Part shown: in pieces, positions 29,844-38,741 of the stretch | Layout of the letters: every line of letters starts with the position of its first letter | How positions within the stretch are numbered: the stretch's first letter is position 1 | NCBI GenBank assembly: GCA_007280875.1 | Contig: QYQJ01000019.1 | Coordinates: forward strand, 1 to 55,491 | Source of the DNA: Bacteroidota bacterium | GTDB taxonomy: Bacteria > Bacteroidota > Bacteroidia > Bacteroidales > FEN-979 | DNA length: 55,491 bases | Direction of reading: 5' to 3' | The notes under the pieces: model-generated | What the model saw: the letters and a program-made list of their open reading frames with translations, nothing else | Database searches by the model: none | What the model was told of the DNA's origin: nothing | Program-made: the position numbers and the translations under genes

Positions 29844-31280
29844 GTGACTATTACAAAAAGGAACATAGTTAAATTTATTCCGTATGTAGTTGTTCTTCTG
29901 GCAGCCGGTGTTGTGATCTGGTGGTTTATATACAATCCGGTAAAATCGTTGACACTGGCGGTGCCGGGAATGGACAACAGGCCCGAACATGCCGGTAGTG
30001 CAGGAGAAGTGGGACTTATCGGTGAATTTTTCTCCTTCTCAGGAGTGGGAGAAAATATACCGGGAACCCGGTGGCCGCGGTTTCGGGGTACCGACCTGGA
30101 TAACATCAACAAGGAACCTGTTAACCTGATCAGCACCTGGGGCGCAGAGGGGCCGGACATTCTCTGGACCCTGGAACTGGGAGAAGGGCATGCGGCTCCG
30201 GCAGTATATGACGGCCGGGTTTACCTGCTCGATTACGATGAACTTCGGAAACGGGATGTGCTGCGATGCCTCTCTCTGAAAACCGGTCAGGAGTTCTGGC
30301 GTCGTTCCTACAAAGTCCATCTGAAGCGGAATCACGGGCTCTCCCGGACCATACCGGCTGTCACCGACAGGTATGTGGTGACCATTGGCCCCCGTTGCCA
30401 GGTGATGTGTGTGGACCGCCTTACAGGCGACTTCCGCTGGGGTATTGATCTGGAAAAGGAATATGGAACTGAGATCCCTTTCTGGTACACCGGGCAGTGT
30501 CCCCTGATTCTGAACGATACGGCCATCATTGCTGTGGGAGGATCCTCCCTGATGATCGGAGTGGATTGTAAAACCGGAACTGTTGCGTGGCAGACCCCTA
30601 ACCCAAATGGCTGGAAGATGTCCCATGCTTCGGTGATGCCAATGACGTTCAGAGGAAAAAAAATGGTGATCTATCCGGCAATCGGCGGGGTATGCGGGAT
30701 CTCATTGGAAGGCCCCGACCGTGGCAAAATTCTCTGGGAAACCCCGGCATTTTCCCCGTCGGTGGTTGCCCCCTCTCCGGTGGTCCTCGACCGGGGACGA
30801 ATATTCCTCACGGCCGGGTATGGGTACGGAGGGGCCATGTTACAGGTGAAGGAGCAAAGCGGAGTTTTTTCAGTTGAAATCATTCAGAAGTACAAACCTT
30901 CGGAAGGGCTGGCCTCGGAGCAGCAGACGCCGGTATACTCTCACGGTTACCTTTTTGCTATCATGCCTAAAGATGCAGGAGAATTGCGCAATGAATTTGT
31001 CTGTGCCAATCCCGATAATCTGCAGGAGATCGTGATGCGCAGCGGGAAGACCGAGCGGTTCGGACTGGGGCCCTACATCATCGCCGATGGGAAGTTTTTT
31101 ATCCTGAATGATGATGGTGAACTGACGATAGCCAAACTTTCCACCAGCCGGTTTACCATGCTGGGCCGGACCCGGATCATGGAGGGACAGGACTCCTGGG
31201 GGCCGATTGCAATCACCGGGGGTTACCTGCTGATGCGGGATTCGAAGCAGCTGGTTTGTCTGAATATAAAAGCTGAATAA
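29844..31280 (+). CDS. PQQ-like beta-propeller protein with N-terminal TM anchor
   Basis: TM helix (FIPYVVVLLAAGVVIWWFIY) followed by propeller blades (LSLKTGQEFWR, VDRLTGDFRWG, VDCKTGTVAWQ). The GTG start is uncertain. Confidence 0.75.
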   Translation: MTITKRNIVKFIPYVVVLLAAGVVIWWFIYNPVKSLTLAVPGMDNRPEHAGSAGEVGLIGEFFSFSGVGENIPGTRWPRFRGTDLDNINKEPVNLISTWGAEGPDILWTLELGEGHAAPAVYDGRVYLLDYDELRKRDVLRCLSLKTGQEFWRRSYKVHLKRNHGLSRTIPAVTDRYVVTIGPRCQVMCVDRLTGDFRWGIDLEKEYGTEIPFWYTGQCPLILNDTAIIAVGGSSLMIGVDCKTGTVAWQTPNPNGWKMSHASVMPMTFRGKKMVIYPAIGGVCGISLEGPDRGKILWETPAFSPSVVAPSPVVLDRGRIFLTAGYGYGGAMLQVKEQSGVFSVEIIQKYKPSEGLASEQQTPVYSHGYLFAIMPKDAGELRNEFVCANPDNLQEIVMRSGKTERFGLGPYIIADGKFFILNDDGELTIAKLSTSRFTMLGRTRIMEGQDSWGPIAITGGYLLMRDSKQLVCLNIKAE

Positions 31281-31296
31281 GCAGGGAAAGAGATCA

Positions 31297-32304
31297 ATGG
31301 AGGTGAATTCAAACAAATGGGCAATGAAGAAGAAACTGGTAATCGCACTGGCACTGGTCCTGCTGGTGGCAGTAATAGGGTATATGGTTGTGGATCTCTT
31401 TTTCACCGATGGAGGTCGAAATGACAACCCCTTTGATTACGGTCTGAAGGATCTCCGGAAGAGCGATTCCGCCCTGCTGGCCTATCGGGAAATACAGCAC
31501 TTTTCCACCGGATTATCAGAAGTTTATGGAGTCGCTGTCGATGCCCACGACCGCATCGTTGTGGCCGGCGCCAACGGCGTGGAGATCTATTCACCTGAGG
31601 GAGTCCGTTTCATGTTGTTTCCTTTTGACGATACCGCTTACTGCCTCACCATCACACCGGATGCGGACCTGCTCCTGGGAATGGTGGATCATGTAATGAT
31701 CATGAACGCGGAAGGAGAAATCGTCAGCAGGTGGAAACCGGAAAATGAGGGATCTGTCCTTACCAGCGTGGCTACCAACGGAACGGATGTGTTCGTTGCC
31801 GATGCGGGGACACGAATCGTCTATCACTATGATATGGATGGGAAGTTATTGAACCGGATCGGAGAAGCGGATTCCCTTCAGGGAATCCCGGGACTGGTGA
31901 TCCCCAGCCCTTACTTCGATGTGGGGATCGGACGGGACGATGAGTTGTGGGTGGTCAATTCGGGGCGACACCTATTTGAGGCTTTCCGGCCTGATGGCAC
32001 CCTGATCTCCACCTGGGGACAATCTTCCATGGATGTCGAGGGGTTCTGCGGATGCTGCAACCCTTCCCATTTTACCCTATTGAAGGATGGTTCATTTGTC
32101 ACGAGTGAAAAGGGGGTCGAACGGGTAAAGATCTATGACCCGACCGGCACATTCCAGTGCCTGGTTGCAGCTCCCGATCAGTTTGACGAAGGAACCCGAG
32201 GGCTGGACCTGGCAGTGGATTCACAGGAAAGAATCGTGGTGCTGGACCCCTGGCGAAACCAGGTAAGGATTTTTGTACGAAACGAAAAAAGTAATGAAGA
32301 GTAA
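31297..32304 (+). CDS. NHL-repeat six-bladed beta-propeller protein, N-terminal TM anchor, CxCC motif
   Basis: TM (LVIALALVLLVAVIGY) and NHL-like blades (GVAVD..DRIVVA, VFVADAGTRIVYHYD, LWVVNSGRHLFEAF, RIVVLDPWRNQVRIF). There is an unusual VEGFCGCCNPSHF segment. Confidence 0.65.
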   Translation: MEVNSNKWAMKKKLVIALALVLLVAVIGYMVVDLFFTDGGRNDNPFDYGLKDLRKSDSALLAYREIQHFSTGLSEVYGVAVDAHDRIVVAGANGVEIYSPEGVRFMLFPFDDTAYCLTITPDADLLLGMVDHVMIMNAEGEIVSRWKPENEGSVLTSVATNGTDVFVADAGTRIVYHYDMDGKLLNRIGEADSLQGIPGLVIPSPYFDVGIGRDDELWVVNSGRHLFEAFRPDGTLISTWGQSSMDVEGFCGCCNPSHFTLLKDGSFVTSEKGVERVKIYDPTGTFQCLVAAPDQFDEGTRGLDLAVDSQERIVVLDPWRNQVRIFVRNEKSNEE

Positions 32305-32548
32305 ATCAGAACCGGAAACTACGAAGCAATCAAGGCGAAAGTTTTTGGCTTCGCTTGTTCGCACTGCCATTGGTGCCGGACTGGCTATCACAGGAGGGTA
32401 CCTGCTACTCCGGGAGGAGCCGGCAACCCTATGCCCGATTGATTTTGCCTGTAGCCGATGCGATAAACTCCGGCAATGCATTCTTCCTGAAGCCACCGCT
32501 TTCCGGATCCGGGAATTACAGCAGAGAACGAATACAAAAAGCAGGTAA
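32294..32548 (+). CDS. Small Tat-signal protein with four Cys (Cx5Cx2Cx6C)
   Basis: Canonical twin-arginine motif SRRKFLASL plus an h-region. The mature part is only about 45 aa and carries CPIDFACSRCDKLRQC. The ORF overlaps the preceding stop by 11 nt. Confidence 0.5.
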   Translation: MKSKSEPETTKQSRRKFLASLVRTAIGAGLAITGGYLLLREEPATLCPIDFACSRCDKLRQCILPEATAFRIRELQQRTNTKSR

Positions 32549-32559
32549 GTCACGGTACC

Positions 32560-33159
32560 ATGGAGGAAAAACAAAAAGGAAAGCAGAAAGAAAAAATGGT
32601 CGACCGGCGGACATTCATCCGTACCGGTGTTCAGGTCTCGATCGTTGTCGGGCTGGGCGGGTTGACTGCCCTGGTCGCCCGGCGAACGGGTTCCGGAGAA
32701 TATGTGTGGCAGCTCGATCCGGCCAAATGCACCCAGTGCGGACGGTGTGCCACCAGCTGTGTCAAAACCCCCTCGGCCGTGAAGTGTGTCCATGTGTACG
32801 CCATGTGCGGCTACTGCGATCTCTGCGGAGGTTATTTCCTGCCGGAGACCAAGACGCTCAACACAGGTGCCGAGAATCAACTCTGTCCGACCAAAGCGAT
32901 CAAGAGGACCTATATCGAAGATCCCTTTTTCGAGTATACCATCGACGAGGAATTATGTATTGGCTGCGGAAAATGTGTGAAGGGGTGCGGGGCTTTCGGC
33001 AATGGCTCACTGCAGCTCCAGGTGCGGCAAAACCTGTGCGACAACTGTAACGAATGCTCCATCGCCCGGAATTGTCCATCGGGTGCCTACTCCCGGATTC
33101 CGGCCGGCAGACCTTATCTCCTTAAGGGATTCGGAAAGGAAAAACTGGATATCACTTAG
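32560..33159 (+). CDS. Tat-exported polyferredoxin (NapG/NosG-like)
   Basis: Tat motif DRRTFIRTG. Cys clusters are CTQCGRCATSC, CGYCDLCGG, CIGCGKCVKGC and CDNCNECSIARNCP. Confidence 0.8.
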   Translation: MEEKQKGKQKEKMVDRRTFIRTGVQVSIVVGLGGLTALVARRTGSGEYVWQLDPAKCTQCGRCATSCVKTPSAVKCVHVYAMCGYCDLCGGYFLPETKTLNTGAENQLCPTKAIKRTYIEDPFFEYTIDEELCIGCGKCVKGCGAFGNGSLQLQVRQNLCDNCNECSIARNCPSGAYSRIPAGRPYLLKGFGKEKLDIT

Positions 33160-33173
33160 CCCGTACGAACAAA

Positions 33174-34457
33174 ATGAAAAAGGGAATCGCACTCACCATC
33201 CTGGCTCTTCTGTTTGCCTGGCAAATGATCTCCACCTTTGCGATCCAGCGATTCCCGAAACCGGAATTTGAATCGGGATACATCACACCCGAAACGCTGC
33301 TCCCCAGCCCCCGGGCGGAGATCCTTGAGGTACTGGATGTGGCCGTGTTGCTGCTCGCTCTCTCCGTTGTCACCTGGGCTGTATTGAAACGCAGGTCCCG
33401 TAACCTGGTTTTCTGGATATCCGTTTTCTCCCTGGCCTATTTCGGCTTCTACCGGGAGGGATGTGTCTGTTCGATCGGAGCCATCCAGAACGTCACGATG
33501 GCCCTTTTCAACGGCTCGTATATCATTCCTTGGACGGTACTTGTTTTCTTCATGGCCCCTCTGCTCTTCACCCTGATCTTTGGCCGCACGTTCTGTGCCG
33601 GCGTTTGTCCTTTCGGAGCCCTGCAGGACCTCATCTCCTGGCAACCCCGAACCATCGGACCACGACTCAACGCCGTACTTGGAATAATACCCTATATCTA
33701 TCTGGGACTGGCTGTGTTATATGCCGCCACCGGAACCGACTTCATCATCTGCCGCTACGACCCTTTCGTCGGGATCTTTCGCCTGAATGCCACCTTTGGT
33801 ATGTTTCTCTTCGCCGGGGTCCTGCTTCTTTCCGGCCTCTTCCTCGCCCGCCCTTACTGCCGCTTTCTCTGTCCCTATGGAGTATTGCTCAACTGGGTCA
33901 GCCGGTTTTCGAAATACCACCTGACGATCACCCCCTCCGTATGCATCCAGTGCCGGTTATGTGAAGACTCCTGCCCGTACGAAGCCATAGAAAAGCCGGT
34001 GACAGTGAAAAATCCTGATTCCCGGAAACGTATGGTCAGAAAATTCATGCTGATCGTGTTGCTGAGCCCCTTCTTTATGTTACTGGGAGGATGGACCGGC
34101 TCGCATATCCATGAATCCCTGGCAAGAGTGAACGGGAAGGTCAGGATGGCCGAAGAAATCCTGCATCCGAAACGGATTGCAGGGCAAAGTGAAACGATTG
34201 AAATGACTGCCTTTAAAGCTTCCGGGAAACCGGCGAAGGAACTCTATGCCGAGGTAACCGGAATTCTCCGGGAATTCTATATCGGGGGATGGATCCTGGG
34301 AGGATTCGTAGGACTGACCATCGGAGGACTGCTGGCCGGGCGTCTGATCACCCGGTACAGGACCGATTTTGAACCCAACCGCGGAACGTGCTTCAGTTGT
34401 GCACGGTGTGTGGATTATTGCCCGGTCAAAACAGGAACAGGATCAATTGAATTATGA
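33174..34457 (+). CDS. Integral-membrane polyferredoxin (NapH/NosH/CcoG-type, two CX3CP motifs plus two 4Fe-4S motifs)
   Basis: FCAGVCPFGALQD and YCRFLCPYGVLL (CX3CP after TM helices). It also has CIQCRLCEDSCP and CFSCARCVDYCP, and at least six hydrophobic helices. Confidence 0.8.
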   Translation: MKKGIALTILALLFAWQMISTFAIQRFPKPEFESGYITPETLLPSPRAEILEVLDVAVLLLALSVVTWAVLKRRSRNLVFWISVFSLAYFGFYREGCVCSIGAIQNVTMALFNGSYIIPWTVLVFFMAPLLFTLIFGRTFCAGVCPFGALQDLISWQPRTIGPRLNAVLGIIPYIYLGLAVLYAATGTDFIICRYDPFVGIFRLNATFGMFLFAGVLLLSGLFLARPYCRFLCPYGVLLNWVSRFSKYHLTITPSVCIQCRLCEDSCPYEAIEKPVTVKNPDSRKRMVRKFMLIVLLSPFFMLLGGWTGSHIHESLARVNGKVRMAEEILHPKRIAGQSETIEMTAFKASGKPAKELYAEVTGILREFYIGGWILGGFVGLTIGGLLAGRLITRYRTDFEPNRGTCFSCARCVDYCPVKTGTGSIEL

Positions 34458-36331
34458 ATCGTATGAAACCCAGTAAACAGACCATTCAACTGCTGAACCG
34501 GATCGCCCTCATCAGCGGCATCGTGGCCTTCATCCTGTGTATCCTCATCATTGCCAATTACATCCAGGTGAAACGGATCGATCCGCTCAATACCCCGGCT
34601 ATGACCGTCTTGCTGGATCGGCTGAAAAGCAATCCCGGGGATGATGCGTTGCGAACCGAGATCCGGGAACTGGACCTTCTGTCGCGCAAAGCCTTCTTTA
34701 CCAGCTGGTGGCAGATCCGGACCGGCGGTTACATCCTGCTGGCCTGTGTGCTGGTGATCGTCATCTGCCTGAAGTGGATCGAACTGATCCGGCCCAAGAT
34801 CCCGCCTCCCCCGGAACCCGTGAAAGAGGACTTCTGGGATCAACGAAAAACCCGACAACGATGGATCATCTACACCGGGATCTTTCTGGTAGCCGGTTCA
34901 CTGATTCTGGCCTGGCTCACCTATACCGAGATAGGAAAAACTCTCTACCGGCAAGAAATCGCCCGACAGGGTACCGACTCCCGGCAGGCGACCGATTCTC
35001 TGGAACGCGGGCCTGACATAGAACTGACAATCAATCAGTTACAGCGAACAGGAGGCCAGGATTCCACTCCGGTTACAGGGACCGATAGTGAGTCCGATGC
35101 CACTCAATCCGGTACCACCCCTGGAAATGCCGACTTGGAAGAACAATCAAATGGACCTCAGCAAGCCTTCCCCTCACGTGAGGAGATTCTCAGCAATGCA
35201 ATGACCTTCCGCGGACCGGACGCGAATGGAGTAGTGAACGGGAAAAACTTTCCGGTAAGCTGGAACGGAACTACCGGAACGAATGTCAGGTGGAAAACAG
35301 CCATCCCGCTCTCGGGGAACAACTCGCCCATCGTCTGGAAAAACCGGGTATTTCTGACCGGAGCAAGCACGACGAAACGGGAGGTCTACTGTATAGATGC
35401 GGGAACCGGTAAGATCCTCTGGCAGACAGATGTCTCCGCCATTCCCGGAACCCCCTCCACGGCTCCCAAGGTTGACCGTGAAACCGGTCTGGCTGCACCT
35501 ACCATGACCACCGACGGCCAGCGAACCTATGCCATTTTCGCCACGGGCGATCTGGTTGCACTGGACATGGAAGGGAAGCTGGCATGGGGTAAAAACCTGG
35601 GCTTGCCGAAGAATCATTATGGATATTCCTCCTCCCTCATCATGTACCGCAACCTGTTGATCGTACAGTGGGATCAGGCGGAGGGAGCCAGTGTAAAGGC
35701 CTTTGACGGAACCACCGGTAAGCTGATCTGGAATACTCCCCGCGATGTTAAACTTTCCTGGGCATCACCCATCCTGGTCAACACCGGGAACCGGATGGAA
35801 CTGATCCTATCGGCCGATCCCTGTGTAGTTTCCTACGATCCTGCAAGCGGCAAGGAATTGTGGCGTGTGGATTGCATTTATGGTGAAGTAGGTCCTTCCC
35901 TGGCCTATGCCGGCGGGTATGTGTTTGTCACCAATGAATATGCCAGACTGGCCGCCATCAAACTGGGCAATCCACCACAGATTGCCTGGGAATCAACAGA
36001 TTACCTGTCTGATATTCCAAGCCCGGTAGCCAGCGACGACTACCTTTTTCTGGTTACGAGCTATGGTGTTGTGGTGTGTCACAATGCCAAAACCGGCGAG
36101 GAATACTGGGTGAAAGAGCTGGATAACAGTGTCTACTCTTCTCCCGTGCTGGTGGACGGTTTGGTGTATTTGCTGGATAAAACAGGGATTATGCACATAT
36201 TCAAAGCCGGCAAGGTATATCAACCGGTAGGCGAAGCAACACTGGGGGAAGGGTCCGTATGCACCCCGGCCTTCGCCGGCGGGAGAATTTTCATCAGGGG
36301 GGAAAAGAACCTGTACTGTATTGGCAACTAA
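34454..36331 (+). CDS. PQQ-like beta-propeller protein with a three-TM N-terminal domain and a disordered linker
   Basis: Three hydrophobic helices in the first ~160 aa and a Ser/Thr/Asp/Gln-rich linker. The blades follow (IDAGTGKILWQ, FDGTTGKLIWN, DPASGKELWR, NAKTGEEYWV). The start overlaps the previous stop (ATGA). Confidence 0.75.
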   Translation: MNRMKPSKQTIQLLNRIALISGIVAFILCILIIANYIQVKRIDPLNTPAMTVLLDRLKSNPGDDALRTEIRELDLLSRKAFFTSWWQIRTGGYILLACVLVIVICLKWIELIRPKIPPPPEPVKEDFWDQRKTRQRWIIYTGIFLVAGSLILAWLTYTEIGKTLYRQEIARQGTDSRQATDSLERGPDIELTINQLQRTGGQDSTPVTGTDSESDATQSGTTPGNADLEEQSNGPQQAFPSREEILSNAMTFRGPDANGVVNGKNFPVSWNGTTGTNVRWKTAIPLSGNNSPIVWKNRVFLTGASTTKREVYCIDAGTGKILWQTDVSAIPGTPSTAPKVDRETGLAAPTMTTDGQRTYAIFATGDLVALDMEGKLAWGKNLGLPKNHYGYSSSLIMYRNLLIVQWDQAEGASVKAFDGTTGKLIWNTPRDVKLSWASPILVNTGNRMELILSADPCVVSYDPASGKELWRVDCIYGEVGPSLAYAGGYVFVTNEYARLAAIKLGNPPQIAWESTDYLSDIPSPVASDDYLFLVTSYGVVVCHNAKTGEEYWVKELDNSVYSSPVLVDGLVYLLDKTGIMHIFKAGKVYQPVGEATLGEGSVCTPAFAGGRIFIRGEKNLYCIGN

Positions 36332-36380
36332 AACGAATCGAACGCAGATGCGCAGAGAAAAATCGTTCAGGCTTAGCTAA

Positions 36381-38738
36381 ATGTCACAAAACGAACAGAA
36401 CATACACGCAGTTGTCGACCAGATCGTGGCGGAATGCGGCAGCTCCACGGAAGCCGTGATCCTGATCCTGCAGGCCATTCAGGAGGAGTTCAACTACCTC
36501 CCGGATGAGGCGATGGAACGGGTATGCGCAATTACGGAGATCACCCCTTCACGCATCACCGGCATCTCCACCTTCTTCGGACAGTTCCGGCATCGACCGG
36601 CGGGAAAGCACCGGATCCGTATCTGTACGGGAACTGCCTGCCATGTGAAAGGGGCCATGCAGGTAGTTGATGCCTTTCGACGGGAGCTGAAACTGACCGG
36701 ACTGGAGGACACTGACAGTCAGGGATTATTCACAGTCGAAAAAGTGGCCTGTTTGGGATGCTGTACGATTGCCCCGGTGATACGGATCGATTCGGTCACC
36801 TACGGGCAGGTGGTTCCTGAAAGAGCAGGGGAGATCCTCCGCAATTTCCTGGTTCACAGAGCCTCCATCAAGGAAGAGACCAGCCCGGTGGTGAGCACCG
36901 GTTCCAACGGCCAGGGAGAGATCCGGATCGGCCTGGGGTCCTGTTGTATTGCCAGCGGCAGTTCAGAGGTGAAATCGGAGCTGGAAAAGACCCTGGTTGA
37001 TGCCCATATTCAGGTGGATGTGAAACAGGTTGGATGCGTGGGGATCTGCCACCAGGTACCGGTACTGGAGATCGTTAAACCCGGTGAACCGGCAGCCTAT
37101 TATGCAAAGATCAGACCCGATGAGGTGAAAGAAGTGGTGTTGAGCCATTTCCGGCCGGAGGGATTCTTCAACCGGTTCAAAACAGATGTGATCGGTCTCT
37201 TTGAACAGATCCTGAAAGATGGTTCGTCCGGTTCGGTGAGGCGATACCAGGTGGAAGAACGGGATACTCCGGTGACTGAATTTCTTGGTCCGCAGATCAA
37301 TATTGCCACGGAAAACAGGGGTGTGGTCCGGCCGACCGACCTGGAAGAGTACAAACGATCCGGCGGATTTGAAGCCCTTTCCCGATGCCTGAGCGGAATG
37401 ACACCCCAACAGGTGATCGATGAGATTGCCGAAAGCGAACTACGCGGTCGGGGTGGTGCCGGATTTCCTACCGGGAAAAAATGGCAACTGGTTAAAGAAC
37501 AGGCGGCTACTCAAAAATATGTGATTTGTAACGGAGACGAAGGAGATCCCGGTGCTTTTATGGACCGGATGATACTCGAATCCTATCCCTTCCGCGTGAT
37601 CGAGGGGATGATTATTGCCGGTTATGCTACGGGAGCTTCCGAGGGGATCTTCTATATCCGGGCCGAATACCCCCTGGCTGTCAGCCGGGTACAGGAGGCC
37701 ATCTATAAATGCAACGAAGCAGGTCTGTTGGGAGTGGATGTCCTGGGGAGCGGATTTTCCTTTCAGATCAGGATTTTTAAAGGGGCCGGAGCCTTCGTAT
37801 GCGGCGAGGAGACCGCCCTGATCGCCTCTATGGAAGGGTTTCGCGGTATGCCCCGGATCCGGCCACCGTATCCTGCTCTGAATGGCTTCAGGGGAAAACC
37901 AACCCTGGTGAACAACACCGAGACCTTCGCGGTCATCTCCTGGATCATTCGTCATGGTGCGGAGGCCTTTGCCCGGATCGGGATCAATGGCAGCAGGGGG
38001 ACCAAGGTCTTTGCCCTGGCCGGCAAAGTCAACCGGGGCGGACTGATCGAGGTCCCCATGGGCATGACCATCCGCCGGATCGTGGAAGAGATCGGTGGCG
38101 GGATTGCCGGCGGAAAACAATTTAAAGCGGTTCAGATCGGAGGACCATCGGGCGGATGCATCCCGGCCTCCCTGGCGGATCTGACCGTTGATTTTGAAGC
38201 GCTTACAGAGGTCGGGTCGATGATGGGATCAGGTGGTATGGTGGTGCTGGACGAACATGACTGCATGGTGGATATCGCCTACTATTTCTTATCCTTTACC
38301 CAGAACCAGTCGTGCGGACGATGTACCTTCTGCCGGATCGGTACCCGCCGGATGCTTGAATTACTGGAGAAAATCCGCAGCGGCAAGGGTGTTCCGGACG
38401 ACCTTAAGATGTTGGAGCATCTTGCAGGATCGGTCAAACAGGGCAGTATGTGTGGACTCGGGAAAACCGCCCCGAATCCGGTGATCTCCACCCTGGTCTA
38501 CTTCCGTGAGGAGTATGAAGCCCACCTGGACGGACGATGTCCGGCAGGAAAATGCACCCCGCTGATCCGCTATTCCATCACCGACCAGTGTATTGGCTGC
38601 ACCAAATGCGCCCAGCGATGTCCTTCGGAAGCCATTGTATACCAACCCTTTGAAAAACACGAGATCAACCAGGAACTGTGCATCAAATGTGACATCTGCA
38701 GGCAGGTATGTCCCGAAGGTGCTATCCTGATCACCTGA
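36381..38738 (+). CDS. Fused NuoE-NuoF-type NADH-binding iron-sulfur flavoprotein (HydB/HydC- or StnB/StnC-like)
   Basis: NuoE 2Fe-2S Cys (CTGTACHVKG ... CLGCCTIAP) and a second thioredoxin-like domain (GSCCIASG ... GCVGICHQ). NuoF motifs are GRGGAGFPTGKKW, NGDEGDPGAFMDR and SCGRCTFCR...MCGLG. The C-terminus has CIGCTKCAQRCP and CIKCDICRQVCP. Confidence 0.88.
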   Translation: MSQNEQNIHAVVDQIVAECGSSTEAVILILQAIQEEFNYLPDEAMERVCAITEITPSRITGISTFFGQFRHRPAGKHRIRICTGTACHVKGAMQVVDAFRRELKLTGLEDTDSQGLFTVEKVACLGCCTIAPVIRIDSVTYGQVVPERAGEILRNFLVHRASIKEETSPVVSTGSNGQGEIRIGLGSCCIASGSSEVKSELEKTLVDAHIQVDVKQVGCVGICHQVPVLEIVKPGEPAAYYAKIRPDEVKEVVLSHFRPEGFFNRFKTDVIGLFEQILKDGSSGSVRRYQVEERDTPVTEFLGPQINIATENRGVVRPTDLEEYKRSGGFEALSRCLSGMTPQQVIDEIAESELRGRGGAGFPTGKKWQLVKEQAATQKYVICNGDEGDPGAFMDRMILESYPFRVIEGMIIAGYATGASEGIFYIRAEYPLAVSRVQEAIYKCNEAGLLGVDVLGSGFSFQIRIFKGAGAFVCGEETALIASMEGFRGMPRIRPPYPALNGFRGKPTLVNNTETFAVISWIIRHGAEAFARIGINGSRGTKVFALAGKVNRGGLIEVPMGMTIRRIVEEIGGGIAGGKQFKAVQIGGPSGGCIPASLADLTVDFEALTEVGSMMGSGGMVVLDEHDCMVDIAYYFLSFTQNQSCGRCTFCRIGTRRMLELLEKIRSGKGVPDDLKMLEHLAGSVKQGSMCGLGKTAPNPVISTLVYFREEYEAHLDGRCPAGKCTPLIRYSITDQCIGCTKCAQRCPSEAIVYQPFEKHEINQELCIKCDICRQVCPEGAILIT

Positions 38739-38741
38739 GTT

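Noticed and set aside
30039-31427. Minus-strand ORFs of 195 aa and 185 aa within the propeller gene at 29844..31280
   Set aside because: They are antisense to a CDS with repeated propeller blade motifs.
32221-33050. 219-aa minus-strand ORF and 231-aa alternative plus-frame ORF across the Tat-protein region
   Set aside because: The frames chosen carry canonical Tat motifs and CxxCxxCxxxC ferredoxin motifs. The competing frames are Arg-rich with no motifs.
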